DNA of 64,000 nucleotides. Source: a virus. Taxonomy: Duplodnaviria > Heunggongvirae > Uroviricota > Caudoviricetes. The stretch is taken from IMG/VR virus record IMGVR_UViG_3300029288_000059, positions 1 through 64,000 of that record; one strand, written 5' to 3'. The position numbers were made by a program, and so were the translations under genes. Below are positions 1 through 9,400 of the stretch, piece by piece (position 1 is the first letter of the stretch; every line of letters begins with the position of its first letter). Under the pieces are notes generated by a model. The model saw only the letters and a list, made by a program, of their open reading frames with translations, was not told the origin of the DNA and did no database searches.

Positions 1-441
1 AGATACCCAACCTCTATCAGTAGACATACCCGCGATATCTACTGGATGACGGGATATACATACTAATAAGTTTTTATTATTAATACCAGTCCTTGTTGAG
101 TCATTATCAAATTTCTTCTTTAACTCATTATCACCTAGTTTAGCTAATATTTTGCCTATATTGGTTTGGTTTTTATTATCTTTACTAGCTAAACCCTTAC
201 TATAATCAGTTATAGTATAACCAATATCTTGTAACGCATTTGTTATTTCTTTTGGGGGTTGCACTACTTCCTTTGTAGTTTGTCCTTGTAATGGGAGATA
301 TATACGATAATTATTATGTTGCCATGGTTGTTTATATTCATTAAACAAATCAGCATATCTATCTCTATTAAATTTAGCAGTATACGTCTTAGCATTCTTC
401 AATGTTAATGCTTCATCTAGTAATGTTAATATGTTTACCAT
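1..441 (-). CDS. 5' part of a gene running off the window; probable head-internal protein (MVNILTLLDEALTLKNAK...ISRHPVDIAGMSTDRGWVS)
   Basis: Manually translated open frame from ATG at 441 with GGA upstream; N-terminus matches the MVNILKLLNE leader of the two 432-aa paralogues. Confidence 0.75.
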   Translation of the reverse strand, partial: MVNILTLLDEALTLKNAKTYTAKFNRDRYADLFNEYKQPWQHNNYRIYLPLQGQTTKEVVQPPKEITNALQDIGYTITDYSKGLASKDNKNQTNIGKILAKLGDNELKKKFDNDSTRTGINNKNLLVCISRHPVDIAGMSTDRGWVS

Positions 442-452
442 TATATTAGTTC

Positions 453-2243
453 CTAATAATTAAAAAAATCAACGGTTGATATAGTATTAGATAGTGTTTT
501 TATATCAATACGATTAGTCTTGATTTTAACCTTGTACAAACGTTTATTCTCTTCTTCCATAGTTTGTAACGTTGGTAAGATAGATTCCTTTGTACCGGGT
601 GTTAAATACGCTATTTCGATACATGGTATGTATCCAATAACAGACGAAGTATCACTAATGGTTTGCAGACAAGTCATCCATAACGGTAACTTCTCATCCC
701 CATCAGTACCAATGGTTAATAACCGATTTCTTAATGATGTAATTGTGGCTGGTTTGAACGTTGTATTGTTATTCATAACTACGCTATTACTTGTGACCGA
801 ACTAGGGTCTATAATTTTCCTATAAATTACATCGTATATAATCGTTCCATCACTATCGCGTGCGACAGCACCATCTAATCCACCTACATAGAATGTCAAA
901 TCCTCATTTGCTAATAGGGTAGATTTAATAATTGAACTATCTGTATATCGTAAATTATTAACTAATTTAATAGTAGGATATTGTTTAATACCAAAATTGC
1001 TATCTGCACTTCTATATATAGAAGCAATTGAAGTTTCACTAATATCACATAACATATTATTCCATTCCTTATAGAATCTACGTGATATAGGGATTGATAC
1101 TGTTATATAATCAGTAGTACATAATGAAATTACAGTTAGCGTGAATGTTCTTTCATCAGTCATAACGCCATTATCAGCTTGTATCGTAAAGGTATATGTA
1201 TTGGGTGTTTGTAGTAGAACGGTGCCAATAATAGTACCATCACTCGTATTAAATTTTAAACCATTCGGCAATGACCCCGACTTGAACGTATATAATATCG
1301 TTCCTTGATTTGAAGTAGCGATTATACTTAATGTACTTATATCACCCGTCCCAATAGTACCCAAATTAGAATCAGTCGTCCACGAAATAGAACTATCAAC
1401 ATTAACATTAGTTGATATTGTAAATGTCCTCGTAATTGAATAAGTATTGGAAATAGCCCTTACTGTAAATGTATAAACCGTTGTTAAGGTAGTGGTCACT
1501 TGACCTGTTATATTACCATCCATCTCAAATGATAATCCTGGTGGTAAAGTACCACTAATCATACTATATGTTATATCATACCCATTTGTACTATATGCCT
1601 TAATCTTATAATCGGAACTATTATATTGATTTAAGTTTCCAAGACTACCCGAACTAGTTATCCATACAGGTGCAGTATTACCATCATATACTGTAACAAT
1701 TAAACTAAACTCTCTATCTATAATAGAATCATTTGATGTACATCTAATTGTAAATGTAAAAGTAGTGTTGGTTGATAGATTATCCAATGTACCATATAAT
1801 CTACCAATTGAAGATAATGATAATCCTGTTGGGAGTGTACCACTAATTTTCATAAATGTCGAAGTTGATGAACTATTAGAAACTAAGAATTGATATTCAT
1901 ATTCTGATAACGATGTCACAGTACCTAAATTAGTTGGGTCTATCCATGACAATGGTAACGTTGTTACTTTTATTGAGTATTCTCTTTCTGAAAATCCTAA
2001 ATTATTAGTTAATCTTAATGTGAAATAATATGTTGTGTCTAAATCTATATCACTAGTAGTACCGGTTATACGAACAATATTAGTTGAAAATAAACTAACT
2101 GATAATCCTGGTGGTAACTGTCCTGATGAAACAGTCAAGGTTGTGACGTTGTCCGCTTGAATACTAACTTCAATAGTTGAAATTTGAGTATTCTCGGATT
2201 CGGTTAATAAACAACCTCTATCTGTTATGAACGATGGTATCAT
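453..2243 (-). CDS. virion structural protein with tandem putative Ig-like (He_PIG) domains
   Basis: Four repeats of SG.LP.GLS...G.I.G....T.Y.FT.R. Confidence 0.8.
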   Translation of the reverse strand: MIPSFITDRGCLLTESENTQISTIEVSIQADNVTTLTVSSGQLPPGLSVSLFSTNIVRITGTTSDIDLDTTYYFTLRLTNNLGFSEREYSIKVTTLPLSWIDPTNLGTVTSLSEYEYQFLVSNSSSTSTFMKISGTLPTGLSLSSIGRLYGTLDNLSTNTTFTFTIRCTSNDSIIDREFSLIVTVYDGNTAPVWITSSGSLGNLNQYNSSDYKIKAYSTNGYDITYSMISGTLPPGLSFEMDGNITGQVTTTLTTVYTFTVRAISNTYSITRTFTISTNVNVDSSISWTTDSNLGTIGTGDISTLSIIATSNQGTILYTFKSGSLPNGLKFNTSDGTIIGTVLLQTPNTYTFTIQADNGVMTDERTFTLTVISLCTTDYITVSIPISRRFYKEWNNMLCDISETSIASIYRSADSNFGIKQYPTIKLVNNLRYTDSSIIKSTLLANEDLTFYVGGLDGAVARDSDGTIIYDVIYRKIIDPSSVTSNSVVMNNNTTFKPATITSLRNRLLTIGTDGDEKLPLWMTCLQTISDTSSVIGYIPCIEIAYLTPGTKESILPTLQTMEEENKRLYKVKIKTNRIDIKTLSNTISTVDFFNY

Positions 2244-2287
2244 ATTATATCCTTAACTTAATTTGTTTATATTTACAGTTTTAAACG

Positions 2288-2316
2288 TTGACAATAAATT
2301 TTAAATATGTTATGTT
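2288..2316 (+). promoter_or_regulatory. sigma70-like early promoter
   Basis: TTGACA-17-TATGTT with TG extension, upstream of 2337. Confidence 0.6.
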
Positions 2317-2336
2317 TAAGTTATAACAATTAAACA

Positions 2337-2531
2337 ATGGAGATTAATATGTCAACAACTAGTAAAATGTCAATAGAACAAATTATCGACCAAATGAAGA
2401 TGTTAATTGATAACGCCGAAGATATTATTAATGAACTTAAATCAGAAATTGAACAGAAAGACAATGAGATTGAACAAAAAGACAATGAGATTGAACAACT
2501 TAAAGACAAAATAGACTCTCTTGCCTTTTAA
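2337..2531 (+). CDS. small coiled-coil protein with EIEQKDN heptad duplication
   Basis: ORF with 21-nt tandem repeat; GGAG RBS suggests a start at MSTTSK. Confidence 0.65.
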   Translation: MEINMSTTSKMSIEQIIDQMKMLIDNAEDIINELKSEIEQKDNEIEQKDNEIEQLKDKIDSLAF

Positions 2532-2605
2532 TAGTAGTACTAATTGCCTTATTAACAACATTTTATGTCTTTACTATTATAGTAACATAATATATAAGTT
2601 AATGG

Positions 2606-2809
2606 TTGTTAATAATGAGGAATATTAGTATGAGTCATATTACTTCAAGTTCATGTGATGATGATTGTATAGAAAACTCTAAAGAACTAACATATGATGA
2701 TTTAATTCATAAGTTAAAAGATGAATTTGAACTTCGAGAGCAGCAGATTCGTGCATTAGAAAACGAAGTTGCTAACCTAAAAACTATTATAAAGGAATAT
2801 ATGTTATGA
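2606..2809 (+). CDS. small coiled-coil hypothetical protein
   Basis: ORF with GAGG RBS before MSHIT; C-terminal heptad pattern. Confidence 0.55.
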   Translation: MLIMRNISMSHITSSSCDDDCIENSKELTYDDLIHKLKDEFELREQQIRALENEVANLKTIIKEYML

Positions 2810-2997
2810 AGAATTCAAAATATCTTACCATTGCTACGATTGTTCTATTATTAACAGGATGTGGAGCATATAGTAAAGCAGTTGCATATCTCACAGATTA
2901 TAGTAGATATTGTATTAATGGCGTTTCATATATTCAATTCACATCAGGTGCGACAGTAGAATATACTAAAGAAGGTAAAATTAAAACTTGTGATTAG
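2806..2997 (+). CDS. small lipoprotein
   Basis: Signal peptide with lipobox LLLTG-C. Confidence 0.7.
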   Translation: MKNSKYLTIATIVLLLTGCGAYSKAVAYLTDYSRYCINGVSYIQFTSGATVEYTKEGKIKTCD

Positions 2998-3000
2998 TTA

Positions 3001-4299
3001 TTAAGAATGGAATTTACGCCTAATCTTAACTCCTTTAGGACGTGATAATTTGACTTTGTTATTATGACAATGTAAATCACTACCTATATAAGTAGCACAA
3101 CCCTCTAAACTTGTTAATTGGTTATAACTACAATCTAAATCACCACCTATATATGTAGCACAACCATCTAAACTTGTTAATTGGTTATTGTTACAGTAAA
3201 AATTACCACCTATATAAGTAGCACAATATTTTAAACTTGTTAAGTGGTTATTATAACAACCAAGACTACCCCCTATATAAGTAGGACATCCTTTTAAACT
3301 GGTTAAGTGGTTATTATAACAACCAAGACTACCACTTATACTAGTAGGACAACCCGTTAAATTTGTTAATTGGTTATCGTTACACCATAAATCACCACCT
3401 ACTTTGGTGGGACAACCTTCTAAACTTGTTAATTGATTATTACCACAATCAAATATACCGCCTATGCTTTTGAAATGAGGTAACTTGGTTAATCCCATAT
3501 CGTATAAATCTACATCTCCTTTAACAACAATATCTTTCATCTCGTATAATTGTTTGAGTGTATATATTTTGTTATCTAAACTAACCAGGCCTATATTTCT
3601 AATATCTTTAACTTTTTTAAAGTTATTCAAGTTAATAAAAGTTGAAATATACTCTCTATATTTCTCAACAACTGGTTGATTTTGCTTACCTTTTATCTGT
3701 TCTAATATATTATCAGTTACTTCCATAGTAGCATGGGGTTCGTTTTTAGTATCACGTAATGAGTAAATTATAGTTTTACCACTAGTAACTTTAGTATCAT
3801 AAGTCCCTTTACCAACACAATGTCCCATGTGTTCTGACTCGTAATCAAGTGCAGTAGGAGTAAGCAATTGTAATATCTTATAACCATCACTATATGTATG
3901 TATTAATTTAGTACCAGCTACGCCATCTTGTGTATTTGTTACTTTTTGTTTATTAAACCAAGTTTCTGCTGTTTGATACGCCATATCAATATTTTTAATA
4001 TTATTAAATGTGGCTGGGTTGGGATTACTAGCTGTTAGCCAGTCCCTTATATGTGTTAATTGATTGGTTAAGTCGTCATTTGGTTTAAACTTACGTAATG
4101 TATCTTGTTCTTTGTCTTTAATATCCCATTCATTGGTTAATTGAGTAGTTATTTTAGACATATATTTTGTATTATTAGATATTTCTTTATAAAACAGTTT
4201 ATACATATATGGATTGGTTATATATTGCTTCAAGTAATCACCTAAAGCAGTATCATTATAGACTCTATATTCGTTCAATAACTTTAAGATGTTTACCAT
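3001..4299 (-). CDS. PcfJ-like domain plus 21-aa leucine-rich-repeat protein (paralogue A)
   Basis: L..ES..MGHCVG...IYSLRD...PHAT.EV...QIKGK.N motif; six CxxNxLTSLxGCxTxIGG repeats. Confidence 0.8.
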   Translation of the reverse strand: MVNILKLLNEYRVYNDTALGDYLKQYITNPYMYKLFYKEISNNTKYMSKITTQLTNEWDIKDKEQDTLRKFKPNDDLTNQLTHIRDWLTASNPNPATFNNIKNIDMAYQTAETWFNKQKVTNTQDGVAGTKLIHTYSDGYKILQLLTPTALDYESEHMGHCVGKGTYDTKVTSGKTIIYSLRDTKNEPHATMEVTDNILEQIKGKQNQPVVEKYREYISTFINLNNFKKVKDIRNIGLVSLDNKIYTLKQLYEMKDIVVKGDVDLYDMGLTKLPHFKSIGGIFDCGNNQLTSLEGCPTKVGGDLWCNDNQLTNLTGCPTSISGSLGCYNNHLTSLKGCPTYIGGSLGCYNNHLTSLKYCATYIGGNFYCNNNQLTSLDGCATYIGGDLDCSYNQLTSLEGCATYIGSDLHCHNNKVKLSRPKGVKIRRKFHS

Positions 4300-4440
4300 A
4301 CTAATCTCGTTGCTTAGATTGAATAATCGTTAAATGTACTGATTGTTTATCAGTATTTGTTTGTTGGTTTTCACCACATGAATAAGTAACGATTGGTTTT
4401 TCATTCATAAAGTTCTCAAACATAGTAGATTTCATCACCA

Positions 4441-5775
4441 TTACTCCTTAACAGTATTCATATAATTACTACTCTTCTTACCATATATCTGTTTCAACTT
4501 ACTAGGTTTATTAGTACGTCTAATAGGTTTAGAAAATAAAGGGGTAATAACGGTTGCTATATCACCACTTGACGTACTATCACAACTAGCATCTTCATTT
4601 AAGTTATTTGAATTATTAAAATTACCGTTGTTAAATATAGACTTAACTTGATTAGCTCGTTGATTTACAAACCCAGTAATAGTACCATCACGTTCACTAA
4701 GTAATGCACCATCATAACCATCTCTACCCATTTCATCCAATGTTAATGAATCGTATGTATTCCAATCGGCTGGGTTGTCAATCTTTACATATAATTGCAT
4801 TACATTACCTGACGAACTAGCACCTGTAATACCCTTATTTATGGCTGAATAGTCAGTTGTAAACCAAAATTGATTATTACTTATGTTTAAATCTAATTCA
4901 TTAAATGATGCACTAGTTCCGTGATATACGACTAATGGCTTACCCTGTCCATCAACAACCCTACTATTCCCGAACCACTTCCAAAAGTTTTCTATCTTTT
5001 CTTTTGTATTGGCAATTAGATTACCCGTACTATTAGTTATTGAACGTTTAACCCCATCTACGATAATACTATTAGATTGAGTAGTTGATTCTTTCATACC
5101 CAATAACTTCATTCTATCGTGTGCTTGTTGATTTAAATGACGTTCCCCTGCAATACTACCGTACTTATCCACCATATTCTTTTCAGGATTCTTAACACCT
5201 CGCCATAATAAATCATTCGATTTAGCAATACCATCTAGTATTGGATATAAATCACTACGTCTAATCCTTATATTAAAGGCTTGCATTAAACGTGTCATTG
5301 TTGACTTTTTTGCATCAACTGGTAAATCACGCCAATCACTAACTAACTTTCGGATAGATTTATAATTTGAATTATCAATACATAACATACTTTCTAATTG
5401 TAATAGGAAACGTCTATCCCAATTTGTATTATATTGATTCTTTGAAACGTCACGGAAGTATGTTCTTATTATATAAGGGTCTAATTTAATCCGGCGTTTT
5501 AATAGTTCATTTGACTTCTTGTCTTTTAATGTTTGCCAATAATGTTCTTTACCATCCAATATATTCAATAAATTATATAAATCACAATTTGAATATCTAA
5601 ATTGTGACCAATCGGTAATTCGTACAATGTCCCAAGCATACGCAATAGCCAATGACTGAGTAGTTGGTTCACTACGTATAATAACTAATGCTAGTGTATG
5701 CAAGAATATAAAATCCGCAATATCACGCAGATTGAATGTTGTTGCTATATTTGGATTGTATAATAATTTACCCAT
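4441..5775 (-). CDS. virion protein with inserted ADP-ribosyltransferase-like (ART-PolyVal type) domain; start refined to MGKLL
   Basis: FWKWFGNSRVVDGQGKPLVVYHGT...FWFT...GNVMQLYV motif; TAAATA late box and hairpin just upstream of 5775. Confidence 0.7.
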   Translation of the reverse strand: MGKLLYNPNIATTFNLRDIADFIFLHTLALVIIRSEPTTQSLAIAYAWDIVRITDWSQFRYSNCDLYNLLNILDGKEHYWQTLKDKKSNELLKRRIKLDPYIIRTYFRDVSKNQYNTNWDRRFLLQLESMLCIDNSNYKSIRKLVSDWRDLPVDAKKSTMTRLMQAFNIRIRRSDLYPILDGIAKSNDLLWRGVKNPEKNMVDKYGSIAGERHLNQQAHDRMKLLGMKESTTQSNSIIVDGVKRSITNSTGNLIANTKEKIENFWKWFGNSRVVDGQGKPLVVYHGTSASFNELDLNISNNQFWFTTDYSAINKGITGASSSGNVMQLYVKIDNPADWNTYDSLTLDEMGRDGYDGALLSERDGTITGFVNQRANQVKSIFNNGNFNNSNNLNEDASCDSTSSGDIATVITPLFSKPIRRTNKPSKLKQIYGKKSSNYMNTVKE

Positions 5776-5811
5776 AAAAATACTACCAGTTTTGTTTAAC
5801 TGGTAGTATTT
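5727..5811. repeat. 85-bp direct repeat, copy 1 (hairpin plus first codons of the ART-carrying gene)
   Basis: Near-identical to 6320-6404. Confidence 0.9.
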
Positions 5812-5824
5812 ATTGTTTAGTGGA

Positions 5825-6223
5825 TTATTCATCATAGAACATATCATTAACTTTTAATAAACGTTCTAGTTGTTCCGCAGATGCGGGATATGCACGTCCC
5901 GTAGAATCCTCAATAATCCAAGGAGTTTTACGTTTCTTTGTATCATAACCAATAATTTTACAAGCGTGACGACCAAAAGTGAATGTGGTATTGATATTCT
6001 TAGCAGCACCGCCATTCGGATATTGTTTGACTAATTGTCTAAATGCCGCCCGTTGAATTGGGAAGGTTTCCGAACTTACGTCTGTAACTTCAAGTTTTCC
6101 GTGACATTGAATATCGCCATACGTGACATTACCCCATTTAATTGTAACATTAAATTCTTCTTCAACTGATTCCAATGCGGTTGCGATTGCTTTACGTAAG
6201 TCCTGTATTTTATTAACGTCCAT
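5825..6223 (-). CDS. hypothetical phage protein on a moron-like cassette
   Basis: AAGGAG RBS, own sigma70 promoter, flanked by direct repeats. Confidence 0.8.
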   Translation of the reverse strand: MDVNKIQDLRKAIATALESVEEEFNVTIKWGNVTYGDIQCHGKLEVTDVSSETFPIQRAAFRQLVKQYPNGGAAKNINTTFTFGRHACKIIGYDTKKRKTPWIIEDSTGRAYPASAEQLERLLKVNDMFYDE

Positions 6224-6257
6224 TGTCTTTACTCCTTATTATGTGGTGTATAAGTTT

Positions 6258-6285
6258 AGTATAACATAATATATAACATTGTCAA
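6258..6285 (-). promoter_or_regulatory. sigma70-like promoter
   Basis: TTGACA-16-TATACT on the minus strand. Confidence 0.7.
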
Positions 6286-6319
6286 TAGAAAATATTATAA
6301 ACTTTACAAATTTATATTA

Positions 6320-6404
6320 GCAGATTGAATGTCGTTGCTATATTTGGATTGTATAATAACTTACTCATAAAAATACTACCATTTTTGTTTAACTGGTAGT
6401 ATTT
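6320..6404. repeat. 85-bp direct repeat, copy 2 (encodes truncated MSKLLYNPNIATTFNLLI*)
   Basis: Near-identical to 5727-5811. Confidence 0.9.
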
Positions 6405-6464
6405 TGTAATCACTATTGTCTTTTACGAATATAAAATATACAATATTATAATTATAATCGCATT

Positions 6465-9400
6465 TTATGAATCACGTCCCTTAATATAATCAATCAGTAT
6501 AGACAATAATTGGTTTAATTCATTAATAGTATATGAGTCAGTAGATTCTGTATACAAAGTTGACTTGAATTGTACCGTCCCATCTTCCAGTCCTATCGTT
6601 TCCCACGTACCATTACCTAGTAATATACATAGTAACCATACGCCACTACCATTATCCAATACTTTAGCTATATCACCCATTGTAGCCGTTATACAAGCAG
6701 CTCGTTTAGCAATAGTATCAAATGTATACGTCAATGGTGTTGTGGAAGTATATCCATCTTTATACCAATCAACAATATCATAATAATCTGACATTCTATA
6801 CGATTGTTTATCAGTAGTTGTCCATGTAGTATTACCTGCATACGTATATAATACCCACTTACCATTAAACGTAGAATCGGTTTCTACTAATACAGTTGTA
6901 CCAATCACAATAGTGGTAGTATCAAGTAATTTATCACGTGTTGTAATCGTTGAAGTCTTAATATCATAAGTTGGATATACTTCACCCGCTAAAAATACAG
7001 AATCCCAATATACATCGTTTTCAACAACATTTTCGATTAACAAGATATCGTTTAATGTTTTTACAAATATCTTTCGAGCCATATACATATCTTTAAACAT
7101 GGATTGACGTGGTCTAATAGAAATACCGTATCTGTAATCAGTATTTAATGTAGTATCCGGTACAACGGCATTCAGTTTATCATATCCCAATAAACTATCT
7201 TTCATCTTATCCCATATAGTATCATTAACATCGTCATTACCATCATTCTTAATTAATACCCATTGTTTATGAATAGGTTTATCAATATCAGTTGTAGTAA
7301 TTCTATTAATTTGAATTGTCATTTCTGTATTAAGGAATGAATAGAAGTTACCCACTGTATAATAATTATCATAACCATCACTTGATAATGGTGCAAACCA
7401 AGGTAAACCAGTTTTATGTGGTGACGTAATAATCTGTGCTACATTAGAAGCTGTTATTTTTCTAAATGTTTTATTAGGTAATGTAATTGAGTTTATCACC
7501 CAAAAATAGTAATACGTTGTTGTAATCCCATATTCATTAACGGATGATTGTTCTACATAGGAAGGATTATCGGCATTCAAAACCGTACCACTAACACTAG
7601 AATTATTAGTCACATACTTATCCCATGCGTAAGGTGAGACTGGTGATTTAGTCCATTCATAAATATCAATAGTAGACCCTTCTACTAGTTTACCCCAGAA
7701 TTTACGACGATAACCAATATCACTTTGTTCATAATCATAATACTTAACTGTTGATAAATCCCACCATAATCTACCTACTTGTTCTTCACCCCAAGTTTCA
7801 ATATCAGTAATAGATGTATATTTGGCAGGGTCAGTTTCTAGTTTATAATATAACTCAACATCTGCACTTCCTGGTATCAATCTCTTAATTGGGTCAAATA
7901 TCTGTAATACAGTATGTGCAATATTATCACTATACGCATATACGGATTCAATCAATCTAACATCTAACTTAGGTTGTTCAACTCGTATTAAATCCCATAA
8001 TGAACTAGTCCATTTAAAGACTGACCATCTATGTTCCCCTGTTTTAACACCAGACGATACATTATTTGTATCACTATACGTTAAAGTCTTTAAATCCGTT
8101 CTATCTACATAACAATAGTCATTAACATCATTAAGTGTTGTAGTAGGGATAGTCTTAAATCTTCTATTAAATAATGATACTCCTGTTGGACGATTATCAT
8201 CAGTATATGTAATATCAGCATCGATTACATTGGATATCTTAATACTAGTGGTATCGACAATTTCAAGTATCTTATTAATACCTTTAAGGTTTGGTGATGT
8301 ACTAGAAGAATCTATTAAATAAAATCTATCATTAACCGTAAAGTTATGAACTGTTGCGAATGTAATTGTAGTATAGGTATCATAATGGGACATCGAAGTT
8401 ATAGATGGTAATGATTTAACTTTATAAAATCCCCATTCATTAGTATCAAAAGTTACCCATATTTGATTTCCAATATTATCCAAAGTCAATGTATAATCAT
8501 CTAATGTCTTAGTTATAAGAGTTGGTTCATTATACAATACGGGACCGGCAGAAGGGTAATCATTTATGTTTGAATCTAAACTTCTAAATGTGAAGTTATC
8601 ATTCATTGTCTTCTTTAACCACTTATCACTATCTTTCCCAATAGTAATAATATAATCCTTATCGTCTAATGTCGTTTCACTATTATATTGAACCACTAAT
8701 GGGTCGGTAGTTATATCACCTTCCCCTATTAAGAACTCGGTAGTGGTATATAAATCTATTGAACCATACTTACCTAATAGGAAAGCCCATTCTTCTGAGA
8801 TTGTTATATCAGTATCCTGTTTATAAACATTCGAACGAGTTATCTTATTATAAACTTGATTAGTACCTTTTGTTTTTAATACACCTTTATAAAAATCAAA
8901 TTGGTTCTTCATACCACCTAGTAGGTTCTTATAACCACCAGTTGGTTGGAATCCAATTATCTTTTTAGCATATTCATCTAACTTCGAGTTTAAACCAACC
9001 GAGTAGTTATCATAATACTTGATGAAATCAGTAGCCATCTTTTCGGGGTTAGATAATAACCCACTTCTTCTAACTATATAACCAGGAGCAAATAAAGTTC
9101 CGTCCCAACCACTCACTCGTTCTGCTATATACTTCAATCGTTTGATACGTGCGTTATATTTTGGTATATATAAAACATCACCGAACTTAGTTGTATTTTG
9201 GAATAAGACATAATGTTCCATCTCAATACGTTTAAATCTAATAAACGCTAACGGTACACTTGTATCGTTGTCTACCACTATCGAAGAACCAATACGATTA
9301 ACTGTTATGGCATCATTCGTTAGTGGTGTTCCTTCCAAGTCGTATATAGACCATCCACCGTTTATATATTGTGGTACTCCATCAATCATACCAAAATCAC

